Of a stretch of DNA of 64,000 nucleotides, positions 28,812 to 39,779 are shown piece by piece (the stretch's first letter is position 1; every line of letters begins with the position of its first letter). Position numbers and translations under genes: made by a program. Source of the DNA: an uncultured delta proteobacterium (GTDB taxonomy: Bacteria > Myxococcota > UBA727 > VGSZ01); contig CAVZJB010000013.1 in the NCBI GenBank assembly GCA_963775425.1, forward strand, positions 224,001 through 288,000, in the 5' to 3' direction. Below the pieces are notes generated by a model. The model did no database searches. It saw nothing but the letters and a program-made list of their open reading frames with translations, and was not told the DNA's origin.

Positions 28812-30503
28812 TCACTCGCCCGCGAGCACCACGACGTAGAACACGCCCTCGTCGGGATCCATGGCCGTGCCCACGCCGGCCTTGGTGGCGTCGATGTCGA
28901 GCAGGAGGGGCGGCACGCCGTTGTCCATGATCAGGAGCGGGTCGTTGTTGCGCGCGACCAGCGGCTTCACCCGCGCCAAAGACGCGTCCGCCTCGAGCGC
29001 CACCCGCGCGACCGGCCCGCCGAGCAGCGTCTCGTCGACCTTCTTCTGGTCGCGCATGGCCCCCGCGAGGCGCGTGGCGATCTTGTCGAGGTGGATGTTG
29101 TCCTCGAGCGCCGCGAGCCCTCGCTTGTCGCGCGCGTCGTTGGCGGCCTCGAGGATGGTCTCGCGCGTCTCCTCGGGGTCGCGCTTGGGCGGCCGCCGCG
29201 CCAGCAGCGCGACGAGGTTGATGGTGGCGCGGCCGGCGGCGTCCACGCCGCGGGCGACGGCGACGCCGCAGTGGGTGAAGGAGGTGTCGACGAGGACGTA
29301 GCGGTGCGCGGGCGAGTCGAGCAGCGCCTGCCACGCGTCCGCCAGCGTCGACGCCTGCGCCTGCACCTCCGCGAGCTTCTTGAACTGCACGCGCGGGTCG
29401 CCGGCGTAGCGCGCGGCGAGGTCCTGCGCGGCGTCGGTGGCGGCGCCGCCGGCGCCGGGCAACGGCACGCGGTGCCCGAGGGAGCCGCGCGCCGCCACCG
29501 CCTTGGCGCGCCGGGTGGCGACGTCGACGAGCTCCGGCGAGACCTTGAACGGCTCGATGAGCTCCTCGTTGCGCAGCCGCTGGAACAACGCCTCGGCGCG
29601 GTGGGTGAGCGCGATGTCGCTGTGGCCCTTGTCGGGGAAGAGCACCTCGGGGAACGGCGGCGCCTTGGGCTTGCCGACGACGAAGGGCCACAGGAGCGCC
29701 ACCTCGGGATCGGACGGGCCGGCGGCGTCGTCGACGACGACCTCCGCCACGTAGCGCCCCTGCGCCTTCGTGGGGACGCTCACCCGCGGCCGGCAATCGG
29801 GGTCGTCGGCGCCGACCCTTCCGCGGGTGGCCGCCGCGCGCGCGGCCGCGACGGGGTCCGGCGCGCACGTCGTCGACAAGGCCGAGCGGGTGACGAAGCC
29901 GTCGGGCTTCAGCACGTAGAGCGTGGCCTCCGGCCTGTCGCGGCCCGGGAAGTCGAGCGGCGCGAGCACGAGGGGCGCGCCCGGCGACAGCGCCTCCGGC
30001 AGCGGCGCGTCCTGCGCGTTCAGCGTGATGAGGCGGCGAACGGCCACCAGCGCCGCGCACGCCTGCCCCGAGGGGGTGCGACCGACGGCGACGCCGGCGT
30101 GGGTCATGCGCTTTTCGACGAGCAACGGGCCGGCGGCGCGGGCGAGGGCGGCGCGGGCGGCGGCGGCGTCGGCGGCGCGCTCGAGCAGGCCCACGACCTG
30201 GCCGTCGACGAGGTGGGCGGCGTGGCGCGCGTCGTCGTCGATGACGCCGTCGGTGTCCCGCGCGCACAAGAGCGCCGCGGCCTCCTCGAGCGCGGGCGCG
30301 CGCTCGAGCGCCGCGGGCGCGCCGAGCCAGGCCGGCAAGCGCGCGGGCGCGGCGCCGCCGGCGCGGTCGACGGCGTCGGAGGAGCGCCCCGGGGCCACGG
30401 TGCTGCAGCCCTGCGAGGCGGCGGCGACGGCGGCGGTGAGCGCGAGCGCGAGCGCCGCGCGGGCGGGTGTCGGCAGGGGGGGGCGGCGAGCGCGGCGGGC
30501 CAT
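28812..30503 (-). CDS. CAP (SCP) domain lipoprotein with multiple CAP-like domains
   Basis: Lipobox ASQG-C; [21 protein letters not shown]; [21 protein letters not shown]. Confidence 0.75.
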   Translation of the reverse strand: MARRARRPPLPTPARAALALALTAAVAAASQGCSTVAPGRSSDAVDRAGGAAPARLPAWLGAPAALERAPALEEAAALLCARDTDGVIDDDARHAAHLVDGQVVGLLERAADAAAARAALARAAGPLLVEKRMTHAGVAVGRTPSGQACAALVAVRRLITLNAQDAPLPEALSPGAPLVLAPLDFPGRDRPEATLYVLKPDGFVTRSALSTTCAPDPVAAARAAATRGRVGADDPDCRPRVSVPTKAQGRYVAEVVVDDAAGPSDPEVALLWPFVVGKPKAPPFPEVLFPDKGHSDIALTHRAEALFQRLRNEELIEPFKVSPELVDVATRRAKAVAARGSLGHRVPLPGAGGAATDAAQDLAARYAGDPRVQFKKLAEVQAQASTLADAWQALLDSPAHRYVLVDTSFTHCGVAVARGVDAAGRATINLVALLARRPPKRDPEETRETILEAANDARDKRGLAALEDNIHLDKIATRLAGAMRDQKKVDETLLGGPVARVALEADASLARVKPLVARNNDPLLIMDNGVPPLLLDIDATKAGVGTAMDPDEGVFYVVVLAGE

Positions 30504-30614
30504 GATCAGGCGGCGGGGGCGGGTGCGGAGACGGGCGGATGCGGCATCGGGGGGAGCATATTGCCGACGCGCGAGCCGTGTGCGTGTCTTTCGCGCAAGC
30601 GAGCGGAGGAACAC

Positions 30615-31727
30615 GTGACCGTCATCGGCTGTCCCACGGAGATCAAGGTGCGCGAGAACCGCGTGGGCATCATCCCCGCGTCGGTGGCGGCGCTGAAGGC
30701 GTCGGGCCACACGGTGCTCGTGCAGAAGGGCGCCGGCCTCGGCTCCGGCATCACCGACGAGGTCTACCAGAGCGCGGGCGCCGACATCGTCGACACCGCC
30801 GACGACCTGTGGGGCGGCGCGAACATCGTGTGCAAGGTGAAGGAGCCGCTCGCGCCCGAATTCCCGCGGATGCGCGAGGGCCAGGTGCTCTACACGTATT
30901 TGCACCTCGCCGCCGAGGCCGCGCTCACCGCGGAGCTCGTGAAGCGCAAGGTCTCGGCGGTGGCGTACGAGACCATCCAGGTCGGCGCGGCGCTCCCGCT
31001 CTTGAAGCCCATGAGCGAGGTCGCGGGCAAGATGGCGGTGCAGGTCGGCGCGTGGTGTCTCGAGAAGGCGCACGGGGGCAAGGGCATCCTGCTCGGCGGC
31101 GTCCCCGGGGTGCCGCGGGCCAAGGTGTTGATCATCGGCGGCGGCGTCGTCGGCGTGAACGCGGCCAAGGTCGCGGTGGGCATGGGCGCCGAGGTCACCA
31201 TCGTTGACAACAGCCTCGACCGGCTCGAGTACCTCGAGGACGTCTTCCTCGGCCGCGCGCAGACGCTGTACTCCACGCCGCACGAGATCGCGGAGCAGTG
31301 CACCGAGAGCGACCTCGTCATCGGCGCCGTGCTCGTCGCCGGGGCGCGCGCGCCGCGCCTCGTGACCCGCGAGATCTTGAAGACCATGCAGGCCGGCAGC
31401 GTCATCGTCGACGTCGCCGTGGACCAGGGCGGCTGCGTCGAGACCATGAAGGTCACCACGCACGAGAGCCCCACCTTCGAGGTCGAAGGCGTCACCCACT
31501 ACGGCGTGGCCAACATGCCCGGCGCCGTGCCGCGCACGTCCACGTTCGCGCTCAACCACGCGACCTTCCCGTACCTGAAGAAGCTCGCCGACCTCGGCTT
31601 CGCGGAGGCGGTGCGCCACGACGTCCCCTTGTCGAAGGGGGTCAACACGCACGCCGGCCACGTCACCTACGCCGCCGTCGCCGACGCCCACGGGCTGCCC
31701 TACGTCCCGCTCCTCGAGGCGCTCTGA
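30615..31727 (+). CDS. ald: Alanine dehydrogenase
   Basis: [59 protein letters not shown]. Confidence 0.96.
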   Translation: MTVIGCPTEIKVRENRVGIIPASVAALKASGHTVLVQKGAGLGSGITDEVYQSAGADIVDTADDLWGGANIVCKVKEPLAPEFPRMREGQVLYTYLHLAAEAALTAELVKRKVSAVAYETIQVGAALPLLKPMSEVAGKMAVQVGAWCLEKAHGGKGILLGGVPGVPRAKVLIIGGGVVGVNAAKVAVGMGAEVTIVDNSLDRLEYLEDVFLGRAQTLYSTPHEIAEQCTESDLVIGAVLVAGARAPRLVTREILKTMQAGSVIVDVAVDQGGCVETMKVTTHESPTFEVEGVTHYGVANMPGAVPRTSTFALNHATFPYLKKLADLGFAEAVRHDVPLSKGVNTHAGHVTYAAVADAHGLPYVPLLEAL

Positions 31728-31848
31728 CGGGGTCGCGCGAGGCGGAGCACGCAGTCCTTCGTGCGGGGGAGCACGGTCGCCGACGTCGCGTCGTGCGCGC
31801 TGATCCGCGCCACCGCTCCCTCGGGTGCTGATTTGCGTCGGGTGCTGG

Positions 31849-31854
31849 TAACCT
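31849..31854 (+). promoter_or_regulatory. Putative extended -10 box (TGG-TAACCT), leaderless
   Basis: 6 nt before GTG 31861, no Shine-Dalgarno. Confidence 0.5.
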
Positions 31855-31860
31855 CCCCGC

Positions 31861-32946
31861 GTGGACCGGTTCTTCATCGCAGCCCGGGCGTTCGTCGTCG
31901 TCGTCGCCGCGGTGATCGTCACGCTGCTCGCCTTGCCGTCGCCCATGCGCTCCGCCGCGTGGACGCCGCCGCGGGCGCCGAACCTCGAAGGACCGTTCGC
32001 CCGAAACGACGCGCTCGAGCGGGTCGACCGCCTCGCCGCGGGCCAGGTGGTCGGCCCGGAGTGCGTCGCCATCGACGGCGCCGGCCGCATCTACACCGGC
32101 ACCACCGACGGCAAGATCGTCCGCGTGCTCCCGGGCGTGAGCGTCGAGGTGTTCACCGAGACGGGCGGCCGCCCGCTCGGGATGGCGTTCGTGCCCTCGC
32201 CGTCGGGCGGCACCGGCGACCTCATCGTCGCCGACGTCATGAAGGGCCTGCTGCGCGTGGACACCGAGGGGAACATCGAGGTGCTCACGCGCAAGGTGGA
32301 GGGCACGCCCATCGTGTTCGCCAACAGCGTCGCCGTGGCGCACGACGGACACACCGTCTACTTCACCGACTCGTCGTCCAAGTGGGGCTACGGCGACCAG
32401 GTGAACGACATCCTCGAGTCCATCCCCACGGGCAGGCTCGTGCGCTACGACCTCGCCACCCACACCGCGGACGCCCTCGTCCACGGCCTCGCCTTCGCCA
32501 ACGGCGTCGCCCTCGCCCCCGACGACAGCTACGCCCTCGTGACCGAGACGTCGCGCTACCGCGTGACGCGCGTGTGGCTCACGGGCAACCGCAGGAACAT
32601 CGCGGAGACGCTGGTGGACAACCTGCCCGGCTTCCCCGACGACATCTCGCTGTCGCCGCGGGGCACCTTCTGGGTGGCGCTCTACTCGGTGCGCAAGCCG
32701 CTGCTCGACGACATCCACCCGTTCCCCTTCGTCAAGGACTGCGTCGCCGGGCTGCCCGAGTCGCTGCGGCCGCAGCCCACCCCCTACGGCCTGGTGTTCG
32801 AGATGGACGCCTCGGGCCGCGTGCTGCGCAGCTTCCATGATCCCGACGGCGAGCGCTGTCGCGACCTCACGTCCGTCGTCGAGAGCCGGGGCGTCTTGTA
32901 CCTGGGCTCTCTCACGGGCACATCCATCGGGCGGTTCTCCCCATGA
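31861..32946 (+). CDS. Strictosidine synthase-like / SMP-30 gluconolactonase family beta-propeller
   Basis: GPE, GRPLG, YFTDSS, LAFANGV, NLPGFPD motifs; N-terminal membrane anchor. Confidence 0.9.
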   Translation: MDRFFIAARAFVVVVAAVIVTLLALPSPMRSAAWTPPRAPNLEGPFARNDALERVDRLAAGQVVGPECVAIDGAGRIYTGTTDGKIVRVLPGVSVEVFTETGGRPLGMAFVPSPSGGTGDLIVADVMKGLLRVDTEGNIEVLTRKVEGTPIVFANSVAVAHDGHTVYFTDSSSKWGYGDQVNDILESIPTGRLVRYDLATHTADALVHGLAFANGVALAPDDSYALVTETSRYRVTRVWLTGNRRNIAETLVDNLPGFPDDISLSPRGTFWVALYSVRKPLLDDIHPFPFVKDCVAGLPESLRPQPTPYGLVFEMDASGRVLRSFHDPDGERCRDLTSVVESRGVLYLGSLTGTSIGRFSP

Positions 32947-34553
32947 CGCTCCGCGCGAGCTTCGCCGTCGCCGCCGCCCTGCTCGCCGGGGCGCAGGGCG
33001 CGCGCGCCGACTACATCGACCACTTCGCCGCCCCCGACGACATCGGCACCCTCAAGATCCCGCGGGTGGGAGCCACGCACATCCTGGTCATCCCGGTCAT
33101 CATCGACGACCTGCCCTTCGAGGAGGGCAGCGAGCAGGGCTTCGTGGACGACGTCGACGCCTTCTACGCGCCGGACGCCACCGGCTGGGCGTTCACGCCG
33201 TACTACGACACGGTCAGCCTCGGGCGCTTTCACCCCGAGGCCGTCATCGCAGACCCGGTGCACTTCCCGACGTGCCCGCCGCTCGGTCAGTTCCAGAATT
33301 GCGAGATCCCCCGCGGCGCCGGCGCCGGCGAGGGCGACCTGCAGTCGGCGGCGGGGGCGCTCGGCGACGCGCTGCGCTTCTTCGACGAGATCGTCCGCTG
33401 CGCCACCGTGGGGCCGTCGGCGGAGCTCACGTGCACCAGCGGCGGCGGCGTCGACCTGCACGACGCAGACACCTCCGGACCCGTGCAAGGCACGCCCGAC
33501 GGCGTCACGGACGGCGTCATCCTGATCTCCAACGCGGACTTCCCCGGCATCGCCCTGCCCGTGAAGGACATCGCGTCCACCCCGCTGTTCAACCAGCTCC
33601 TCGGGCCGCTGCCGAGCTTCGAGCACGACGGCGTCACCGTGGGCGCCGTCGCCGTCGCCGGGCGGGCGACGCCGCCGCAGCACGCGACCTTCGTGAGCGT
33701 GCACGAATTCGGTCACCTGCTCGGCTGGTGCGACCTGTACAACGAGAGCGGCACCACCGCGGACATGCCCTACACGCTGATGGGCGGCTGGTACTACCAG
33801 GATCCGGGCTCGCTGCCCGACGGCTTCTCGCGCATGGCGGCGGGCTTCGCGCACGTGGTGCAGGTGGCGAAGTCGGGGACGTTCGACATCGCGCCGGCCG
33901 ACCTCGAGGGCACCGTGTTGAAGGTGGGCACCGGCGACGAGTTCTTCACGGTGGAATTGCGCCGAAAGACAGACGCCACCGACGGCGACATGAGCATCGA
34001 CGCGGGCGTGGTGGTGGAGCGGGTGCGGCTGCAGAAGCGGCCGTCGCCGGACCGCGGGCAATACCTGAACACGCTGTCGAGCTGCGTGAACTGCACGGCG
34101 TTCGACACGTTCCTGAACATCGAGCAGCCCTCGCAGACCTTCGACCTCGAAGCGGGCCGGCCGCGCAACGACACGCGCGACATGTTTCAGGCCGGCGACA
34201 CCATCGCGCCCTCCGACGACACGGCGCCGCGCTCGCTGGCGCACGAGGTCTATTCCACCAACCGCTTCGACGGCACGCCCACGGGCGTGACCATCTCGGT
34301 GCTGGAGGCGGACGCGCAGCACGCGAAGATCGACGTGAGCCTCACCGACGAGGTGGCGGACCCGTGCGCGGAGATCGCGCCATACTGCGGCGCGCTCACG
34401 TGCACGGACGGCGCGTGCGGCGCCAGGCCGAAGCCCGCGGTGACGCCGCCGCCGGACGTGCAGGGCTGCGGCTGCGCGTCGTCGTCGTCGCCGGCGGACC
34501 TCGCGGGCCTCGTGGGGCTCCTCGGGCTCGCGCTCCGGCGGCGCCGCCGCTGA
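32943..34553 (+). CDS. Secreted zinc metallopeptidase (M6 / immune inhibitor A-like) with MYXO-CTERM-type tail
   Basis: HEFGHLLG..DLY..LMGG, EFFTVELR, C-terminal GCGC..GLLGLALRRRRR. Confidence 0.82.
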   Translation: MTLRASFAVAAALLAGAQGARADYIDHFAAPDDIGTLKIPRVGATHILVIPVIIDDLPFEEGSEQGFVDDVDAFYAPDATGWAFTPYYDTVSLGRFHPEAVIADPVHFPTCPPLGQFQNCEIPRGAGAGEGDLQSAAGALGDALRFFDEIVRCATVGPSAELTCTSGGGVDLHDADTSGPVQGTPDGVTDGVILISNADFPGIALPVKDIASTPLFNQLLGPLPSFEHDGVTVGAVAVAGRATPPQHATFVSVHEFGHLLGWCDLYNESGTTADMPYTLMGGWYYQDPGSLPDGFSRMAAGFAHVVQVAKSGTFDIAPADLEGTVLKVGTGDEFFTVELRRKTDATDGDMSIDAGVVVERVRLQKRPSPDRGQYLNTLSSCVNCTAFDTFLNIEQPSQTFDLEAGRPRNDTRDMFQAGDTIAPSDDTAPRSLAHEVYSTNRFDGTPTGVTISVLEADAQHAKIDVSLTDEVADPCAEIAPYCGALTCTDGACGARPKPAVTPPPDVQGCGCASSSSPADLAGLVGLLGLALRRRRR

Positions 34554-34634
34554 CCCGTCATTGGGCCGAGAGCCGAGCGACCGAGGCAAGCCGTCCCCGG
34601 GCGCACCGAAACCCCTCTGGGGGCGGAGGCGCAC

Positions 34635-36191
34635 ATGGGCATCGAACCTTCTGTCGTTGGGCGTAGACGCGATGTCCTGGGGCGTGGCCCCGTGGCGCGC
34701 GCGAGTGACAAGCCTGCGGCGCGCGCCGACGACGACGCTGCGGTGCGCGCAGATCCGGGCACCACGTCCCCGACGGCCGGGGCCTTCGAGCGCGGCAAGG
34801 CGGCGACCGCGGCGGCGCCCCTGCGCGCGCCCGCGATGCCCGGCAGCGGCGTCGACGCCCAGACGCTCGCCGGCCTCTACGGGGAGCCGGCGTCGTCGAC
34901 GACGACGGCGCACCACGGGACGCGGAAGGACGGCGACGGCGGGCCGGGTGAGCCCGGGGCGGCCGCACGCGAGAAGCAGCGCGGCTGGAAGAAGCCGCCG
35001 CCGCCTGCGGTGACGCGCGGGCCGGCGGGGACCACCGTCAGCTTCGGCCGCGGCGACGACAACGTGCGCGTGCGACAGTTGAAGGACGGCGCGCTGTCCA
35101 TCGACGAGTACAAGCCCGGCCAGCGCACCGACGGCACGAGCGGCAAGCCCTTCCGCTCGACGCACATCCCGGCGGCCGACGCGGGCAAGGTGCGCATCAA
35201 CGGCAACGACGGCGACGACAACATCGACGTCGACGACAGCGTCACCCACGGCCTCGTCATCGACGGCGGCAACGGCAACGACCGCATCGTCGGCGGGAGC
35301 GGCGACGACACCCTCATCGGCGGCGCCGGCAACGACCACCTCGACGGCCGCGGCGGCGCCGACCGCCTCGACGGCGGCGACGGCGATGATCAGCTCTACG
35401 GCGGCGCCGGCAAGGACACGCTCCTCGGCGGCAACGGAAGCGACTGGCTCCACGGCGGCGCCGGCGACGACAAGCTCCTCGGCGGCGCCGGCGACGACCA
35501 GCTCTTCGGCGGCGACGGGAACGATCTGCTGCGCGGCGGCGACGGCAAGGACGTCCTCGCCGGCGGCAGCGGCGACGACGACGTCGACGGCGGCGCGGGC
35601 GCCGACAAGGTGTTGGTCGAGGGCAAGGACCGCGTGGCGGCGGACGCGGCGGACAAGACCGTGCAGATGACGGACCGGCCGAAGGACCTCGGCCGCGCCA
35701 TCACCGTCCGCGGTGACGCGCGCTTCCGCGCGCGGATGGCGGCGGACCTGGACGCGCTGCGCTCGTTCCCCGAGGGCCGCGACCTGTTGAAGCGGCTCGA
35801 CGCCAGCGGCAAGAAGGTCGACGTCACCGAGATCTACGAGAACGACTCGCAGATGGACTTCAACGGGCCCGGGGAGCGCAGGAGGAACGGCAAGCCCGCG
35901 CGCGGGGCGGACTCACGCGTGTTCATCCACGACGGCGCCGACGCCGATCCGAGCGGCCTGTCGCCGACGGCGGTGACGTTGGCGCACGAGCTCGCCCACT
36001 GCGTGGACGCGGCCACGGGGACCATGGCGCGCGGCAAGACGTGGAACACCGAGCCCGGCGTGCGCGACCGCGTGGAAAAGAGCGAGCTCGACGCCACCGG
36101 CATCGCCTACCCCGGCCAGATCGCCCTCGGCCGCCCGTCGGAGAACGACGTGCGCCGCGCGCTGAACATCCCCATCCGCGAGTGGTACTGA
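34635..36191 (+). CDS. RTX-type Ca-binding repeat protein with C-terminal M91 (NleD-like) zinc metallopeptidase domain
   Basis: More than ten GGxGxDxL nonapeptides; LAHELAH..GT..E..ATG..SEN.VR..L..P.R..Y terminus; no Sec signal. Confidence 0.8.
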   Translation: MGIEPSVVGRRRDVLGRGPVARASDKPAARADDDAAVRADPGTTSPTAGAFERGKAATAAAPLRAPAMPGSGVDAQTLAGLYGEPASSTTTAHHGTRKDGDGGPGEPGAAAREKQRGWKKPPPPAVTRGPAGTTVSFGRGDDNVRVRQLKDGALSIDEYKPGQRTDGTSGKPFRSTHIPAADAGKVRINGNDGDDNIDVDDSVTHGLVIDGGNGNDRIVGGSGDDTLIGGAGNDHLDGRGGADRLDGGDGDDQLYGGAGKDTLLGGNGSDWLHGGAGDDKLLGGAGDDQLFGGDGNDLLRGGDGKDVLAGGSGDDDVDGGAGADKVLVEGKDRVAADAADKTVQMTDRPKDLGRAITVRGDARFRARMAADLDALRSFPEGRDLLKRLDASGKKVDVTEIYENDSQMDFNGPGERRRNGKPARGADSRVFIHDGADADPSGLSPTAVTLAHELAHCVDAATGTMARGKTWNTEPGVRDRVEKSELDATGIAYPGQIALGRPSENDVRRALNIPIREWY

Positions 36192-36198
36192 GGCGCGG

Positions 36199-38001
36199 TC
36201 AGGTGGCCGGGGGCAGGCCCTTGTCGCCCTTTTGGTGGAACCACTTGAGGAACGCCGCCTCCTGCTTGGTGAGCATGGCGCGATCCACGAGGCGCAGGTC
36301 GAGCGGCGAGAAGGTCAGCGGCTTCACGCGCATGAACGTGCGCGGCACGCCCTTGGGCGGGGTCTCTGTGTCGGCGACGAGCGTGACGAGGTTTTCGATG
36401 CGAACGCCGCCGATGTCCGGCAGGTACACGCCCGGTTCGATGGAGAACACCTGGCCCACCTCGAGGGGCACGCGGGCGCCGATGGCGACGCGCGGCGGGC
36501 TCTCGTGCACGTTGACGCCGACGCCGTGACCGGTGCCGTGGCCGTAGTCGAGGCCCGCCTGCCACAGGGGCTGGCGCACGAGCGCGTCGAGCTGCTCGCC
36601 GGTGGTGCCCACCGGGACGCGCGCGCACATGCCCGCGATGGCGCCCTTGAGCACCAGCGTGAACAGGCGCTTCTGCTCCGCCGTGGCCTTCACGTGGGGC
36701 GCGCCGACGAGGAAGGTGCGGGTGAGGTCGGTGGCGAGGCCGCCCTCGTAGTAGGCGCCGGTGTCGAGGAGGAAGAGCTGGCCCTCCTCGATGGGCGTCT
36801 GCGCGTCCGGGTGCGAGTAGTGGATGACGGCGCCGTTCTTTCCGGCGGCGCTGATCACCTGGAAGCTGAGGCCGAAGGCGCCGCTGCGCTTGAACAGCGC
36901 GGCGGTCTTGTCCGCCACCATGGCCTCGGTGATCTTCTCGCCGCGCGACACCGACGAGCACAGCCACGACTTCACCTTGCTGACGACGGCGTCGGCGCGC
37001 TCGAAGGCCGCCACCATGTGCGCGAGCTCCGCGGGCGTCTTCTGCGTGCGGGCGTGGGCGAACGGGCTCGACGCTTTGACAACCGTGCAACCGAGGCCCT
37101 CCAGGGCAGAGCGCGTCGCTTCTGGAGTCATGGAAGCGTCGTAGCCGATGCGGAGCGGGCGACCCTTGGCCTCGCCCAGGGCGCGGATGGCCTCGGGGAG
37201 CTTGCCCTCGCCGACGAGGCGCACGCCGTCCTCGATGACGACGCCCTTCTTCAAGAAGCGCTCGTCGGCGGCGACCACGACCTCGTCGCGGGTGACCAGG
37301 GCCTGCCCGCGGAAGGTGGCCTGGTAGTCGAAGTGGAGCCCGCGCAGGTTGCTGATCCAGGCGATCTCGTCGAGCGCCGTGACCAGCAGGCCGTCGAGCT
37401 TCTCGCGCTCGAGCATCTCGTCGCCGAGCGCGAGGCGCTCCTTCACCGTGCGCCCCATGAGCGACGCCGCGATGGACCAGATGGGCGCCTTGCGCACGGG
37501 CGCGACGTCGCCGGAGGCCTTGCGCACCTCGTCGACGAGCGAGGGCGTGGTGGGCACGAGCTCGAGCCCGAGCTCCTTGGCCTTTGACTGCACCGTCTCG
37601 AACAGGGTGGCCGGCACCCGATCGGTCTCGATGCCGATCTTGTGCACCCCCTGCGCCGGCAGCTCCTCGAAGAGCTTGAGCCAGCCCTGCTCGATGCTGG
37701 TGCCGAGGGGCACCGTGCGCGCCTCGAAGTCGCGCGCCTCCTGCGACGCTTGCAACGTGTAGCGGCCGTCGACGAAGAGGACGGCGCGGTCGCCGGTGAC
37801 GACGGCGTCGCCCATGGATCCGGTGAAGCCCGTGATCCACACGCGCGCGCTCTCGTCCTCGGGGACGTACTCGTTCAGGTAGCGGTCGGTGGAGCGCACC
37901 ACCACGGCGTCGAGGCCGCGCTCGCGCATCTTGGCGCGCAGCGACGCGAGGCGCTCGGCGATGGGGGCTTTGATCGGGGTGGTGGCGGAAGCGGGTTGCA
38001 T
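36199..38001 (-). CDS. Xaa-Pro aminopeptidase (aminopeptidase P, M24B)
   Basis: ITGFTGS.G, DGRY, IHY, LLDTGAYY..TDLTRT, HGTGHGVG..VHE, SIEPGVY, GVRIEN. Confidence 0.93.
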   Translation of the reverse strand: MQPASATTPIKAPIAERLASLRAKMRERGLDAVVVRSTDRYLNEYVPEDESARVWITGFTGSMGDAVVTGDRAVLFVDGRYTLQASQEARDFEARTVPLGTSIEQGWLKLFEELPAQGVHKIGIETDRVPATLFETVQSKAKELGLELVPTTPSLVDEVRKASGDVAPVRKAPIWSIAASLMGRTVKERLALGDEMLEREKLDGLLVTALDEIAWISNLRGLHFDYQATFRGQALVTRDEVVVAADERFLKKGVVIEDGVRLVGEGKLPEAIRALGEAKGRPLRIGYDASMTPEATRSALEGLGCTVVKASSPFAHARTQKTPAELAHMVAAFERADAVVSKVKSWLCSSVSRGEKITEAMVADKTAALFKRSGAFGLSFQVISAAGKNGAVIHYSHPDAQTPIEEGQLFLLDTGAYYEGGLATDLTRTFLVGAPHVKATAEQKRLFTLVLKGAIAGMCARVPVGTTGEQLDALVRQPLWQAGLDYGHGTGHGVGVNVHESPPRVAIGARVPLEVGQVFSIEPGVYLPDIGGVRIENLVTLVADTETPPKGVPRTFMRVKPLTFSPLDLRLVDRAMLTKQEAAFLKWFHQKGDKGLPPAT

Positions 38002-38039
38002 GGCACAGTCTTGTAGCCACTCGAAGCACGAGGTGGAAC

Positions 38040-38465
38040 ATGAAGTTGCGCAACATCGTCGCCGTCTCGGCGCTGCTCCTGGGATGCGTCGCGTCGACGG
38101 CCTGCAAGCCCCCCGTCGACGGCGGCTGGGACGGCAACGCCGACTGCGGGAGCAACTCCTTCCCGCTCGACGCCATCTTGAACGAGGACAACGCCGGCAA
38201 CCTCGACGGCACCATCTTCATCCAGGGCCTGATCTTCAACACCATCGCCAAGGGCGTGATCGACAACGGCGAGCGCAGAGACGACGGCAGCTACCGCGGC
38301 GATCTCCAGACCGACAGCGATCCCACGCCCGAGTTCTCCTTCGACTTCGCCTACGACGGCGACGACGTCGACACCCTGCGCGGCCACGTGGACACGCTCG
38401 ACAACAACGGCCAGACCACCGATACCTGCAAGCTCAAGCTCGAGCGCGTCTCCGTCGCCGATTGA
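38040..38465 (+). CDS. Hypothetical lipoprotein, beta-rich
   Basis: GAGG RBS, signal ending STA-C, strong GC3 codon bias. Confidence 0.75.
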   Translation: MKLRNIVAVSALLLGCVASTACKPPVDGGWDGNADCGSNSFPLDAILNEDNAGNLDGTIFIQGLIFNTIAKGVIDNGERRDDGSYRGDLQTDSDPTPEFSFDFAYDGDDVDTLRGHVDTLDNNGQTTDTCKLKLERVSVAD

Positions 38466-38480
38466 GCGATCCCCGCCTGA

Positions 38481-38796
38481 CGGTCGTCGACGTACCCGAC
38501 GGCGCGCGTCGGTGGCGGCGCGGTCGCCGACGTACCCGACAACGCGCGTCGGTGGCGGCACGGTCGTCGACGTACCCGACGACGCCCATCGGCGGCGGCG
38601 CGGTCGTCGACGTCCCCGACGACACGCGTCGGTGGCGGCGCGGTCGTCGACGTACCCGACGGCGCGCGTCGGTGGCGGCGCGGTCGTCGACGTCCCCGAC
38701 GACACGCGTCGGTGGCGGCGCGGTCGTCGACGTACCCGACGACGCGCGTCGGTGGCGGCGCGGTCGTCGACGTACCCGGCGACGTCGGTGGCGGCA
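38481..38796. repeat. Tandem array, 7 full + 1 shortened 40-bp units (CGGTCGTCGACGTACCCGACGACGCGCGTCGGTGGCGGCG)
   Basis: Exact 40-bp period from 38481; each unit has GTCGAC and a CCGAC..GTCGG stem; lies between convergent genes. Confidence 0.95.
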
Positions 38797-38815
38797 CCGT
38801 CATCGCCGACGGCAC

Positions 38816-38839
38816 GTAGGGCGCCCCCTTGTGGGGCGC
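38816..38839 (+). repeat. GTAG-type REP hairpin (type B)
   Basis: GTAGGGCGCCCCCTTGTGGGGCGC; matches the reverse complements at 9195-9217 and 52085-52108. Confidence 0.85.
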
Positions 38840-38855
38840 GTCGGCGGCGGCGCGG

Positions 38856-39779
38856 TCAGAGGCCGTCGATGAACTGCTCGACGTCGGTGAAGTACGCGTC
38901 GCCGAGGACGGTCGGGACGTCCTGGCCGCCGTTGCCGTGGCCGGCGCCGTTCACCTTGATGAGCTGCTTGGGCTCGTTGGCGGCGTCGAACACGAGCTTG
39001 CCCACCTCGAAGCGCACGAAGTCGTCGGCGGAGCCGTGCATCTGCAACAGCGGCGCGTGGATCTTCGGCATGCGCGCGATGTCGTCCCAGGCGCCGTTCG
39101 AGAAGAACGGCTGCGGGATGTCCGCGAAGGTGGAGTCGTCGCCGAACGCCTGCGCCGACGGCCACGGCGACTCGAGGATGAGCCCGTCGGGCTGCTGGTA
39201 CACGCCCATCTCCACGGCCGCGAGCGCGCCGGCGGAGTAGCCGTAGTAGACGATCAGCGGGTCGACGACACCGGCGTCCTGCATGGCGGCGTCGAGCGCG
39301 TCGCGCGTCTTGTGCACGTCGTCGTCGAAGACGGCCTCGTCCGAGGGCTCGTCCGCGGTGGAGGACTTGCCGAAGCCGCGGTAGTCGATGGCGTAGATGT
39401 TGACGCCGGTCTTGTACAAAAGGCCCACGCGGTTCAGGTAGTGCTCGAGGCCGCCGAAGTTGCCGTGCGCGTACACGACGACGACCCCGGGGCGCTCACC
39501 GTTGCTCGTGATGAAATATGTGTCGAGCGTCTGCTTGCCCGAGATGGCCACGGGGATCTGCGTGACGGCGTCGGCGGGGATGTCGAAGGCGGTGAAGTCG
39601 TAGGGCTCGTCGCAGGTGGAGCACACGTGGCTGTCGGTGCAGTCGCTGCTCTTCTTGTCGACGATGGAGCAGTGGCGCGGGTTCCACACGAAGCTGTCGA
39701 GGCTGAAGCAGCCCCCGAGCGCGCACGCGCACGCGGCGACGGCGACGAAGGCGGCGACCAGGACGACGCGCGGGCTCAT
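38856..39779 (-). CDS. Alpha/beta hydrolase lipoprotein
   Basis: Lipobox LGG-C, YAHGN, DYRGFGKS, GYSAG nucleophile elbow, HGSADD, GH. Confidence 0.87.
   Translation of the reverse strand: MSPRVVLVAAFVAVAACACALGGCFSLDSFVWNPRHCSIVDKKSSDCTDSHVCSTCDEPYDFTAFDIPADAVTQIPVAISGKQTLDTYFITSNGERPGVVVVYAHGNFGGLEHYLNRVGLLYKTGVNIYAIDYRGFGKSSTADEPSDEAVFDDDVHKTRDALDAAMQDAGVVDPLIVYYGYSAGALAAVEMGVYQQPDGLILESPWPSAQAFGDDSTFADIPQPFFSNGAWDDIARMPKIHAPLLQMHGSADDFVRFEVGKLVFDAANEPKQLIKVNGAGHGNGGQDVPTVLGDAYFTDVEQFIDGL

Noticed and set aside
38481-38796. CRISPR array
   Set aside because: Units are contiguous 40-mers with no unique spacers, variants recur, and no cas genes are in the window.
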